A DNA stretch of 64,000 nucleotides from an uncultured Muribaculaceae bacterium (GCA_964616485.1 CAZTRB010000005.1:11592-75591), one strand, 5' to 3'; positions 10,144 to 18,897 are shown, counted from the stretch's first letter. Notes: a model not told the origin generated them from the sequence alone. Translations and numbers: made by a program.

Positions 10144-11592
10144 CTATTCTTTAATCCTTCTTTCTATTTTTTCAAAGATTCCCATATACCTAACATAAGC
10201 GTCTTTTTCCAAAGGAATCTCATAATACTTTTTAAGTTCTTTTAACTCTTCACTATTTATCGGGTTAAACTTATAGACTAGTTTTAAAGGGTTAGCTTTT
10301 ATCTCGATAGTATTTTGATTAGATTCTAACTGTTCTTTAATGTATTCTCCCCTAGTCTTCTCAAAATAAGATATTAACAAGAAAGAAGAGATATAATAAA
10401 TTACTAACAAGCTCGTTAATAAGACGACTCTCTTACTAACATTAAATTCTTTATTACTAACAAATATTGCTAAGGAACTAATTAAAAATAAAGTAAAGGC
10501 ATAATTATTACCAAAGTCCCACTCCTGTGATATAAGACTAAAAAGACTAACTGCAATCGAGAAGATAAATAAGACATTTATTAATCTCTTACTCTTTAAA
10601 TCTTTACTATAATAGTGAAGACTTCTAATCAATAAATAAAAATATAATAAGTAATAAAAAGCATAATACCAATTCTCTACTGCAAAGAAACCGTTATAAC
10701 GATTAATTACTAAAGTTAAAGATACTGGCGAATAGAAAGAGAAATTATAAATAAAAGAAAAATACAAGATGATATTAAATAAGACGATAAGTATTCTAGA
10801 GTAAATCCCTTTAAGTCTTTCCCCTAAATAAAAGTTAATCGGTATCGTCGACAATATTATTAATAATATATTTCTAGAAAAAGTATTTTCGATAAAATCG
10901 GGAATACTATTAAAGACATAGTTTATATCGAGAATAAAAATACTCTCTTTAAAGAAACTAAAGACGAATAATAAAGTCAAGAGATGAAAGATTACTACTA
11001 AGAGATACTTTTTATTATAATTACATATTAAGTAAAATATATTTGCTATAACAAAAGAAATAGCGATGAAGATAGACGAGGTAATAACATAACTACCGAG
11101 AAGTATCATCATGACATAATCACGATAGTTTCTCTCTTTATCTCTTATACTAAATAGACTATAGAAATATATAAAACCTAGTAATATCGGTATCGTATAA
11201 CTAAAAGCACCACTTACAGAGACGTAATTATAAGCAAACATATCGACGCTGACTAAAAGCATTAATAAAAATGTTATCACATACATAAACTTGTTCTTTA
11301 CTATTCCTAATAGAGTGTTGGTCCTAAAGACAAACATCGAAGTAACTATCGCTATTATCAGATTAAACCAAACTTTATTATAAGAGAATATATTAATAAA
11401 AAAACCACTTATTACTCTTCCGTCTAAAATAGAAGAATTTTCTAAATTATAAGCGATCCCCTCTTTACCTAAAGAAAAAAAAGCCCAATCTATTCCACCT
11501 AATGGAGATAAAAAAGCCACTATCAAAAAGAAGAAAAAGACATATGTCGTTAACTTATATTTATAATCTATCGTTTTAATTCTATCATTCAT
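10144..11592 (-). CDS. polytopic membrane protein (~12 TM), candidate GT-C-type glycosyltransferase or oligosaccharyltransferase partner of the GtrB-like enzyme
   Basis: 482 aa almost entirely hydrophobic helices with short loops, immediately upstream of and 2 nt from the GtrB-like gene; family not assignable by eye. Confidence 0.45.
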   Translation of the reverse strand: MNDRIKTIDYKYKLTTYVFFFFLIVAFLSPLGGIDWAFFSLGKEGIAYNLENSSILDGRVISGFFINIFSYNKVWFNLIIAIVTSMFVFRTNTLLGIVKNKFMYVITFLLMLLVSVDMFAYNYVSVSGAFSYTIPILLGFIYFYSLFSIRDKERNYRDYVMMILLGSYVITSSIFIAISFVIANIFYLICNYNKKYLLVVIFHLLTLLFVFSFFKESIFILDINYVFNSIPDFIENTFSRNILLIILSTIPINFYLGERLKGIYSRILIVLFNIILYFSFIYNFSFYSPVSLTLVINRYNGFFAVENWYYAFYYLLYFYLLIRSLHYYSKDLKSKRLINVLFIFSIAVSLFSLISQEWDFGNNYAFTLFLISSLAIFVSNKEFNVSKRVVLLTSLLVIYYISSFLLISYFEKTRGEYIKEQLESNQNTIEIKANPLKLVYKFNPINSEELKELKKYYEIPLEKDAYVRYMGIFEKIERRIKE

Positions 11593-11600
11593 AAAGTCTC

Positions 11601-12092
11601 CTATAACTTATCTATGTAATCCTCTATTAATTTTACCATATTTTTAGTATTACTCTCATACTTTTTAGGTTTAAAAGTCTTAGCTTTTTCTAAAGTCTTA
11701 GAAAGTTTATTAAGATCTTTAAGAGGAAGTATATATTTCTTAGAACTTAATTGTTCGATAATCTCTAATTGATGATCGTTATCATGCTCTTTAAACTTCT
11801 TTAGTCTAGGAGCAGCTATTACAACTTTATTATATTCTAATCCCTGTAAGATAGAACCTACTCCACCATGAGTAATTAATAAACTACAATCTTTAATCAT
11901 CTTAGCAAACTCTTCACGAGAAATAAAATCAAAGATTTTCATATTAGGACTCTCATACTTAGTATGACCTGCTTGGACAATTACTTCTTCTTTAATAGTT
12001 CCTTTCTTTATCTCTCTATCTATTTGCTCTAATAAACGTTTAAACTCTTTATCTTGAGTTCCAAGAGTAACTAATATCATTAGTAAATCCAC
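11601..12092 (-). CDS. Alg13-like glycosyltransferase catalytic subunit (GT28 C-terminal domain, Cps14G/EpsF-like)
   Basis: LVTLGTQDKEFKRL...LITHGGVGSILQGLEYNKVVIAAPR matches the GT28 C-terminal fold; overlaps the Alg14-like gene by 13 nt. Confidence 0.75.
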   Translation of the reverse strand: MDLLMILVTLGTQDKEFKRLLEQIDREIKKGTIKEEVIVQAGHTKYESPNMKIFDFISREEFAKMIKDCSLLITHGGVGSILQGLEYNKVVIAAPRLKKFKEHDNDHQLEIIEQLSSKKYILPLKDLNKLSKTLEKAKTFKPKKYESNTKNMVKLIEDYIDKL

Positions 12093-12550
12093 CCCCCATA
12101 AACCGCTTTAGGATAAAGTTTTAACATACTCTCCCATTGAACGATAAATAAATCGGCAAAGAGATAGATTAACCTTCCCGTAATCGTCTTACTCTTACTA
12201 TTAGCAAGCGTCTCGATATAAATAATCTTACTACCGAATATTTTACCGACACAACACATTGGTCCTGCCGTATGAGCACCAGTAGTTATGATTACTTTAG
12301 GTCTAATCTTAAAGTAAAGAAAGAGACTCTTAAAAGAATTATATATTAACTTAAAGGGATAAGTTAATAAATGAGCCTTAGTTCCATAGACTAAATACTT
12401 TACTTTTCCCGGATATTTATCTTTTAAAGTCATATTAGATTTAGTCTTTTCTGTTATTATATAGTGATCATATTTCTCAAACATCGAAGACAACTTCATC
12501 ATCTCAGATAAATGACCACCAGTAGAAGATATAAATAAAACCTTTTTCAT
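12080..12550 (-). CDS. Alg14-like glycosyltransferase accessory subunit (Cps14F/PssD-like)
   Basis: MKKVLFISSTGGHLSEM...IITTGAHTAGPMC...IIYIETLANSKSKTITGRL typical of Alg14-like proteins. Confidence 0.75.
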   Translation of the reverse strand: MKKVLFISSTGGHLSEMMKLSSMFEKYDHYIITEKTKSNMTLKDKYPGKVKYLVYGTKAHLLTYPFKLIYNSFKSLFLYFKIRPKVIITTGAHTAGPMCCVGKIFGSKIIYIETLANSKSKTITGRLIYLFADLFIVQWESMLKLYPKAVYGGWIY

Positions 12551-12557
12551 AAACCAC

Positions 12558-13772
12558 CTATTTTAGTATTTTAAACCAATCTTTCTCTATATTTTTAGCT
12601 AAGTACTTTTGAGATATTTTAAGATTCTCTTTACTTAGTTTTTCTCTATACTTATTATCTTTTAAAATAAGAACGATTTTTTCTTTTAAAAGGCTTAAGT
12701 CTCTATTAGGTATCAAAACATCACTATTATCTTCTAAGACTTCACATATTCCCTTAGCACTATCGAAACCAATAACAGGAAGTCCATAACTAGCAGCTTC
12801 GATTACGACTAAACCGAAAGACTCCGAGAATGATGTAGTTACGAAAAGAGAACTATCTAACATATACTTTTCTATCTTATCTTTAGATAAAAATCCGAGT
12901 AATTCGACATTATCATTTAAAGATAATTTCTTAATTTGTTTCTCTAAATTACTTCTTTCAGACCCATCACCGATTAGGTAAAGCTTAATATTAGGTATAT
13001 TTTCTCTAACCAAAGATAATACTTCTAAAAGGTCAGAGTGTCCTTTTTCTAGAGATAATCTTCCGACATTGATTATGTTATTTGTCTTTAATAGAGATTT
13101 TTTCTTCGGCAATTCGTCTAAGACATTGGGTATATAAAGACACTCTACATTCGTCTTATCTTTATAAAAGTCTCTGAGTTCTCTAGATACTAAGATAAAA
13201 TAAGAAAATCCTTTAATAGAAGATACTAACTTTCTAACATATTTTTTATCGTTATTATGATAGTTGTGATCGGTAACAATTTTTACAATATGTCTATTAC
13301 CATAAGTAGATACTAATCTATTATGGAAGGTCCTAGTAGTAATTACATACTTGCTATTTATTTTAATAATAGCATTAATATTTAAAAGACTTTTTTTAAA
13401 TAAGAGAACAAGAGCTATATATGCTTGTTTTAATATACCAAAGATATTCTTATTAGTTAATTCTTTTTTAAACTCTTCTCTATTAGGTTTAGAATCAATT
13501 AAATATTTTATCTTAATCTTCTTATCAAAATAAAACGCGGGTTGTTCTAGCAACTTATAAGTAGTTATAATCTCTATCTCAAACTTTTTATCTAGCATCT
13601 TACAAAGAGAAGACAAGTACTTTTCGATACCACCATATCCTAAATGAAGAGCTAATATCGTTATCTTATTTTCTTTTAGTTTTCTCTTGTTATATTTTAA
13701 AATTAAAAACACTAAAAATAAGATAATAACAAAAGACAATAATACTAATAACAGTTGCAATATATCACACAC
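12558..13772 (-). CDS. family 4 glycosyltransferase (GT-B, glycosyl transferase group 1) with N-terminal TM
   Basis: C-terminal GT-B motif NVGRLSLEKGHSDLLEV...TSFSESFGLVVIEAASYGLPVIG (E-x7-E region). Confidence 0.8.
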   Translation of the reverse strand: MCDILQLLLVLLSFVIILFLVFLILKYNKRKLKENKITILALHLGYGGIEKYLSSLCKMLDKKFEIEIITTYKLLEQPAFYFDKKIKIKYLIDSKPNREEFKKELTNKNIFGILKQAYIALVLLFKKSLLNINAIIKINSKYVITTRTFHNRLVSTYGNRHIVKIVTDHNYHNNDKKYVRKLVSSIKGFSYFILVSRELRDFYKDKTNVECLYIPNVLDELPKKKSLLKTNNIINVGRLSLEKGHSDLLEVLSLVRENIPNIKLYLIGDGSERSNLEKQIKKLSLNDNVELLGFLSKDKIEKYMLDSSLFVTTSFSESFGLVVIEAASYGLPVIGFDSAKGICEVLEDNSDVLIPNRDLSLLKEKIVLILKDNKYREKLSKENLKISQKYLAKNIEKDWFKILK

Positions 13773-13813
13773 TTTCTAAGTATAGTTTATCACTTTTAGA
13801 AGAATAATAAAAT

Positions 13814-13847
13814 AGCAAGAAAAAAGATATCTTTTTCAAGATATCTT
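13814..13847 (-). terminator. intrinsic terminator after the giant pilin-like gene
   Basis: Two copies of the self-complementary decamer aagatatctt (13824-13833, 13838-13847) form a 10-bp stem with loop tttc; T-run on minus strand (plus agcaagaaaa); stem includes stop codon. Confidence 0.55.
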
Positions 13848-16800
13848 ATCCCCAATTTTCACAACCACAAGCTGCTGTTCTACAAGAATTATTTCCTCCT
13901 ACACAAGTACTATAAGTGTATAGACAATTATTCCATCCACATGCACTATGTTGACAATAATAGTATCCGGCACATCCACAGCAATCATTATAACAGGTTG
14001 CAGCTTCCTCACCAGAAACACAACATGTTGTCGAAGTTTTATACCATGTTTGGCCACCCGAACTAGGTTTGCTACTTGCACACTTAGTTCCGCACCCATA
14101 ACCTCCTGTGTTTTGGTAACATTCATAGATATTTCCTTTAGTTTTACAATATGTTCCGCAACAAGAGTAACTAGTACATCTTTTATTTCCAGTACATCCG
14201 CATCCGGCAGTATAACAAGAATTATATCCTCCAACACAAACGGACGGGTTACCTGTTAAACAAGAATTCCATCCACAATTAGCATGTTGACAACTCTTAT
14301 TGGTAACACAACTCGATGTTATAGAACAAGTTCCTGTATTACCCGCTCCATCTGTAACCGTGTATGTCTTTGTACCTTTAACATTTGAATCATTATATGT
14401 AGCTGGAGATACTCCACTTGCATTATCAGAAGTTGTAACTTTTACGGTTATTCCATTAGCTCCATTCGCTGTTTTAACAGCAGTACAAGTAGGATTAACT
14501 GTATCTCTTTTTATCGTAAATACATTAGATGCAGCAGATGCATTACCTGCATTGTCAATTGATCTTACATAGAAATTCCAATTCCCATCCCAGTTTATCG
14601 TCCATGGATTTGACATTGCTGTCCAATTTGCAGCATCATGACTATACTGATAACTAGCAATTCCAGAACCAGTTCCGTCCGAAGATGATGCAGTTATTAC
14701 AACATTAGATTTTGTCCAAGTGCCTGAAGTATAAGAACCTAGATTGATCGTTGGTTTTGAAGGTTTTGTTGCATCTCTCTTTATTGTTACGACATTTGAA
14801 TTATCACTTATGTTACCAGATTTATCTATAGCCCTTACATAAACGTTCGTAGATATATCTGAACTAATTGTCCATGGATTCGACATCGTCGTCCATCCCG
14901 ACGTCCCATTAGTACTATATTCATATCTATCTAAGTTAGTATCCGATGAACTCGCTGTTATGACAATATTTTGATTTGACCATGTATTAGATGTATATGT
15001 AGTACCATCTGCTTTTTTCAAGGTTAAAGTTGGTTTCGACGGTTTCGTCGCATCTCTTTTAACATTAAAGACGTTTGACACATCACTTATATTACCAGCA
15101 CCATCAGTAGACCTTACATAGTAATTACTTTCGACATCTGTACTAATTGTCCATGGATTTGCCATATTTGTCCATCCTGAAGTTCCATTAACACTATATT
15201 CATATTTACTTATTCCTGAAATATTATCAGTTGAACTTGCCGTTACGACTACATTGCCAGAGGTCCATGTCCCTGAAGTATAAGAACCTAAATTGATCGT
15301 CGGTTTCGATGGTTTAGTAGCATCCCTTTTGATAACTACGGCATTAGATACATCACTAACATTTCCTGAGGAATCGATTGCTCTTACATAGATGTTTGTC
15401 GAAGTATCCCAGTTAATCGTCCATGGATTTGTCATAGCCATCCATCCCGATGTTCCGGTCGTACTATATTGATATCCAGCTAAGTTATCATCAGTTGAAC
15501 TTGCTGTAATGATTATATTTTGATTTGACCATGTATTAGATGTATAAGTAGAATTGTCTGCTTTCTTCATTGTCAATGTTGGTTTTGATGGTTTCGTCGC
15601 ATCTCTTCTAACAATAAATGGATTTGAATTATCACTTACGTTACCAGCACCATCAGTCGATCTGACATAGTAAGTTTTATCGGTATCGAAGTTTATCGTC
15701 CATGGATTTGACATCGTCGTCCATCCTGAAGTTCCATTGTTACTATATTCGTATTTGCTTATTCCCGAAATATTATCAGTTGAACTTGCCGTTACGACGA
15801 CATTACCAGAAGTCCATGTACCAGAAGTATACGAACCTAGATTAATCGTCGGCTTCGATGGTTTAGTACCATCTATTTTTACCGTTTGGTTGTTCGGACA
15901 AGTAACACAGTTTCCTGCTCTATCACAAACCTCGCCCGGTCCAGCCGTCGTCGTATTTATATCACTAGTATAAGGTTTAGTAATTGTCGTATTTACACAA
16001 CCACTACCACTATCACTACAAGTACCAATTATATTTACAGTCGTCTTACTCCATGCAGAACTTCCACCACTACTTACACAAGTTGGTTTCGTCGTATCGA
16101 TCGTATCGACGACTACCGCTTTATTAGTAACATGTCCAGCTTGGTCCTTAACCCACACATAATATGTACCATTATCAGAAGCTATATTTGGAACACCAAT
16201 TCCAAAACTAGTTCTTGCCGATATAGCGGTAAATGTCGGTTGTGTCGTCGAACTCTTATTTATACCGTAACCGATTATTCCTGAATTAGTATCTGTTCCG
16301 GTAAATACTATCGTTCCGTTAAGTCCGTCTTGACCAGTATCGATTATCGTCGAGTACGCTACATCCCAACTTACTGAAGTACCAGAACCCGTCAAGTAAA
16401 CGTGTCCGAAAGTCGAGAACGTTCCCGAACTACCCGCTTTTTGAATATAGATATATTCTGCCCAATCTCCAGTTCCAGCTTGTGGAGTGATCCAGTAGAC
16501 GCTTGAACCTGTACCGGTAGAATTAGAAGCTCTTTGAATAGTATACCCAACTGGTATCTTTGCAATTATTCTATGAGCATATACAGCATTAGCTCTCGAA
16601 GTTACAGTTTGAACATAACCTCCTAATCCAGGAGAACTGACACCATTTGTCGTTATTCTCATAACGTATGAACCATATGGGTTAGATTGAGCTACTCTAG
16701 CGTGAGTAACAGTACCATTTCCACTATTATTATATACGCTAAAGTTATTTGTCCCAGAAGCAAACGTCGGATCTTTGAATAACGGAGTCCCTGATATTGC

Positions 16801-18897
16801 TTCTGATATAACCGGAGCATTTTTATCTATTCTTACGATTTGGTCAGCCTGGCAAGTAGTACAGTTTCCTGCATTATCACAAACTTGTCCAGGTGATTCA
16901 TTAGTCGAATTTATATTAGAAGTATATGTTTTCGTTACCGTCGAATTCACACAACCACTATCAGCGTCATTACACGTTCCAGTAATCGTGACATTCGTCG
17001 TTTTCCATGTAGCGCTTCCACCACTATTTATACATGTTGGTGGTTCGTTATCGGCAGTTATCGTTTGGTGATACCATCCGCCACTATTTGGCGATTGAGT
17101 TATGACGTTACCAGCATTATCAACTAGTCTCGTATAAACGGTATATACTCCTCCAGGTAAACTAACAACGTGTTTATTTTGTCCAGTAATAGATGTAATG
17201 CCACCTACAGCAACACCGTTTCTTTCCATCTTGACTTGGAACTCTTTAATACCACTCAAATTATCAGCAACCGTAATTGTCAACGTTTGATTAGCACTAT
17301 ATACTCCCGTTAATAAGCTATAACTTGCAGTAGGAGCCGTCTTGTCGATTCTAGAAATCGTTACTGATGAAGGATCAGATGATAAACCGACAACGTTTCT
17401 CGTACGAACTTGAGCATTCGTTACATTTGACGAATAAATATTATAATTTGTCGATTGCCAAGAAGCGCCATCATTAAACGAATACTCAGTCGTTCTAACT
17501 AATCCAGCTCTTGGAATCAAGTTAACTTTTACATTGTTCTTAGTCCAGATACCTGGAGAAGCAGCGACTAAATCAATTCTAGAAACATTGTAAGATACAC
17601 CACTTAGTGCTCCTAAAACTAATCTAAAGTTAGAGTATTGTCCAACCGAAGGTAAAATAAACTCTATGTCTCTAGTACCTTGAATCATTAATGCTGATAC
17701 TGAGAGTTCATTCCCATTTTGATCTTTAAAGTAGACTCTACCCGTCGTCGTCGTTGGAATATTAGTATTTAAAGTCACAGTTAATTTCTTAATACCATTA
17801 AATGTCGGATACGAAGCAGTACCAAACGTTATAACTGGGTTTGTCGTAGTCGTCGTTAGTATTGTACCCGCTAAATTTAACCCCGAAAGAGTATATTCAT
17901 ATTGGTTAGGGAACAATTGATATGCATACTCAACATCAAATTCTGGTTTTGGAACACCCACTCTTACGTCGATTGAACAAATCCCCTCATTACCCGCTTC
18001 GTCTTTAACATAACCTACGACTGTCGTAAGTCCCATATCTAATTTAAGACTATCTTTTTTATTATAATCAATATTCTTTATACTAGTACCAAGTCCATAA
18101 GTTAAAAGTCCACTATCAGCATCATCTTTAGTATCGAACTTAACATAAACGTCTCCCGAATACCACCCTAACGCTTCTAAGTTTCCGCCATCTCTAATAA
18201 GTGTACAAGTTGGAGGAGTCTTATCGACATATACTTTTACCGGACAACTAGTTTGATTTCCACTCTTATCAACTATATTAATAAAACTCTCAGTAGTAGT
18301 CGTACCAAATGTCTTAGAGAATCTAGCTAAACGACAACCACTAGTTTGGTCACTACAACCAACACTAATTGTTCTATTTTCCTTAGTCCATGTAGTAGAT
18401 TCACCTATGACACTACCACATACCGGATTATCATTATCAGATTCATACTTAGAACAAGCCGAACCTTCAGTAGAATAATTTTCACAATACAAACACGCTC
18501 TATATTCGTAGTCACCACTAACTTTGCTTACCTCAACATAACTAAGTAAACTATTACAAAATCCATCTGTTTCCGGATCTTTTAATTCATCAGAGTAACC
18601 TTTTTCAATAACATCACTCAAATAGACAATAGATCTATCTCCATCGCCTGGTAAATTACAAGTGTAATCATTATTAGCAATACAATCAACAACCATGTTA
18701 TTCGTAGCTGTTTGCATATTCTTTTCATAAGCTAAATAAGTATTATCCTTACTACTTCCAATATAATTAGAAATAGCCGGAACTGTAATGATTGCCAATA
18801 TAGCAATTATCACGATAACGGCGATTACTTCTATTAAAGTAAACCCTTTCTTTTTCTTGGCTTTTTCCAAAATTTTACTAACAGTTTTCTTTCGCAT
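13846..18897 (-). CDS. giant (1683 aa) modular type IV pilin-like / pseudopilin-like surface protein: class III prepilin signal, Cys-containing modules, 5 tandem Ig-like repeats, Cys-rich C-terminal module
   Basis: MRKKTVSKILEKAKKKKG then FTLIEVIAVIVIIAILAIITVPA (prepilin peptidase site G/F, Glu at +5, hydrophobic alpha1 helix); AAGGAG RBS 8 nt upstream of ATG 18895-18897; promoter TTGACT-17-TAAAAT at 18932-18960 lies inside the ORF-track N-terminal extension, so start at 18897 preferred. Confidence 0.8.
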   Translation of the reverse strand: MRKKTVSKILEKAKKKKGFTLIEVIAVIVIIAILAIITVPAISNYIGSSKDNTYLAYEKNMQTATNNMVVDCIANNDYTCNLPGDGDRSIVYLSDVIEKGYSDELKDPETDGFCNSLLSYVEVSKVSGDYEYRACLYCENYSTEGSACSKYESDNDNPVCGSVIGESTTWTKENRTISVGCSDQTSGCRLARFSKTFGTTTTESFINIVDKSGNQTSCPVKVYVDKTPPTCTLIRDGGNLEALGWYSGDVYVKFDTKDDADSGLLTYGLGTSIKNIDYNKKDSLKLDMGLTTVVGYVKDEAGNEGICSIDVRVGVPKPEFDVEYAYQLFPNQYEYTLSGLNLAGTILTTTTTNPVITFGTASYPTFNGIKKLTVTLNTNIPTTTTGRVYFKDQNGNELSVSALMIQGTRDIEFILPSVGQYSNFRLVLGALSGVSYNVSRIDLVAASPGIWTKNNVKVNLIPRAGLVRTTEYSFNDGASWQSTNYNIYSSNVTNAQVRTRNVVGLSSDPSSVTISRIDKTAPTASYSLLTGVYSANQTLTITVADNLSGIKEFQVKMERNGVAVGGITSITGQNKHVVSLPGGVYTVYTRLVDNAGNVITQSPNSGGWYHQTITADNEPPTCINSGGSATWKTTNVTITGTCNDADSGCVNSTVTKTYTSNINSTNESPGQVCDNAGNCTTCQADQIVRIDKNAPVISEAISGTPLFKDPTFASGTNNFSVYNNSGNGTVTHARVAQSNPYGSYVMRITTNGVSSPGLGGYVQTVTSRANAVYAHRIIAKIPVGYTIQRASNSTGTGSSVYWITPQAGTGDWAEYIYIQKAGSSGTFSTFGHVYLTGSGTSVSWDVAYSTIIDTGQDGLNGTIVFTGTDTNSGIIGYGINKSSTTQPTFTAISARTSFGIGVPNIASDNGTYYVWVKDQAGHVTNKAVVVDTIDTTKPTCVSSGGSSAWSKTTVNIIGTCSDSGSGCVNTTITKPYTSDINTTTAGPGEVCDRAGNCVTCPNNQTVKIDGTKPSKPTINLGSYTSGTWTSGNVVVTASSTDNISGISKYEYSNNGTSGWTTMSNPWTINFDTDKTYYVRSTDGAGNVSDNSNPFIVRRDATKPSKPTLTMKKADNSTYTSNTWSNQNIIITASSTDDNLAGYQYSTTGTSGWMAMTNPWTINWDTSTNIYVRAIDSSGNVSDVSNAVVIKRDATKPSKPTINLGSYTSGTWTSGNVVVTASSTDNISGISKYEYSVNGTSGWTNMANPWTISTDVESNYYVRSTDGAGNISDVSNVFNVKRDATKPSKPTLTLKKADGTTYTSNTWSNQNIVITASSSDTNLDRYEYSTNGTSGWTTMSNPWTISSDISTNVYVRAIDKSGNISDNSNVVTIKRDATKPSKPTINLGSYTSGTWTKSNVVITASSSDGTGSGIASYQYSHDAANWTAMSNPWTINWDGNWNFYVRSIDNAGNASAASNVFTIKRDTVNPTCTAVKTANGANGITVKVTTSDNASGVSPATYNDSNVKGTKTYTVTDGAGNTGTCSITSSCVTNKSCQHANCGWNSCLTGNPSVCVGGYNSCYTAGCGCTGNKRCTSYSCCGTYCKTKGNIYECYQNTGGYGCGTKCASSKPSSGGQTWYKTSTTCCVSGEEAATCYNDCCGCAGYYYCQHSACGWNNCLYTYSTCVGGNNSCRTAACGCENWG
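13849..14328 (-). other. Cys-rich C-terminal module (~160 aa, >30 Cys) with internal duplication
   Basis: CQHANCGWNSCLTGNPSVCVGGYNSCYTAGCGC ... CQHSACGWNNCLYTYSTCVGGNNSCRTAACGC; CC and CGC clusters. Confidence 0.7.
14506..15873 (-). repeat. five in-frame tandem coding repeats (~273 bp, 90-92 aa each) alternating two subtypes
   Basis: Protein units D[AG]TKPSKPT...TASS[ST]D...GTSGW...NPWTI...YVR[AS][IT]D.[AS]GN[VI]SD..N....[IV][KR]R repeated 5 times; DNA-level recurrence of gtccatggatttgacat near 14594, 14876, 15420, 15705. Confidence 0.85.
15862..16089 (-). repeat. 6-Cys module copy 2 (PTCVSSGGSSAWSKTTVNIIGTCSDSGSGCVNTTITKPYTSDINTTTAGPGEVCDRAGNCVTC)
   Basis: Same Cys spacing as copy 1; sits directly before the tandem Ig-like repeats. 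Confidence 0.7.
16813..17040 (-). repeat. 6-Cys module copy 1 (PTCINSGGSATWKTTNVTITGTCNDADSGCVNSTVTKTYTSNINSTNESPGQVCDNAGNCTTC)
   Basis: ~75-aa module repeated again at 15862-16089 with recognisable DNA similarity. Confidence 0.7.
18826..18897 (-). other. class III (prepilin-type) signal peptide and N-terminal pilin helix
   Basis: Basic 18-aa leader ending in Gly followed by FTLIE and 20 hydrophobic residues. Confidence 0.8.

Noticed and set aside
14506-15873. Possible CRISPR array suggested by regular ~270-bp periodicity
   Set aside because: Units are 273-bp in-frame protein repeats with no short direct repeats or unique spacers. They lie inside a CDS.
13899-16284. Antisense and nested ORFs inside the giant pilin-like gene (13899-14237 -, 13948-14259 +, 14300-14572 +, 15737-15973 +, 15886-16284 +, 16775-17071 +, 18346-18549 +)
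   Set aside because: They lie within a continuous 5-kb coding frame with strong protein-level repeat structure. They are low-complexity translations produced by the repetitive Ser/Thr/Gly codon pattern, and none has an RBS.
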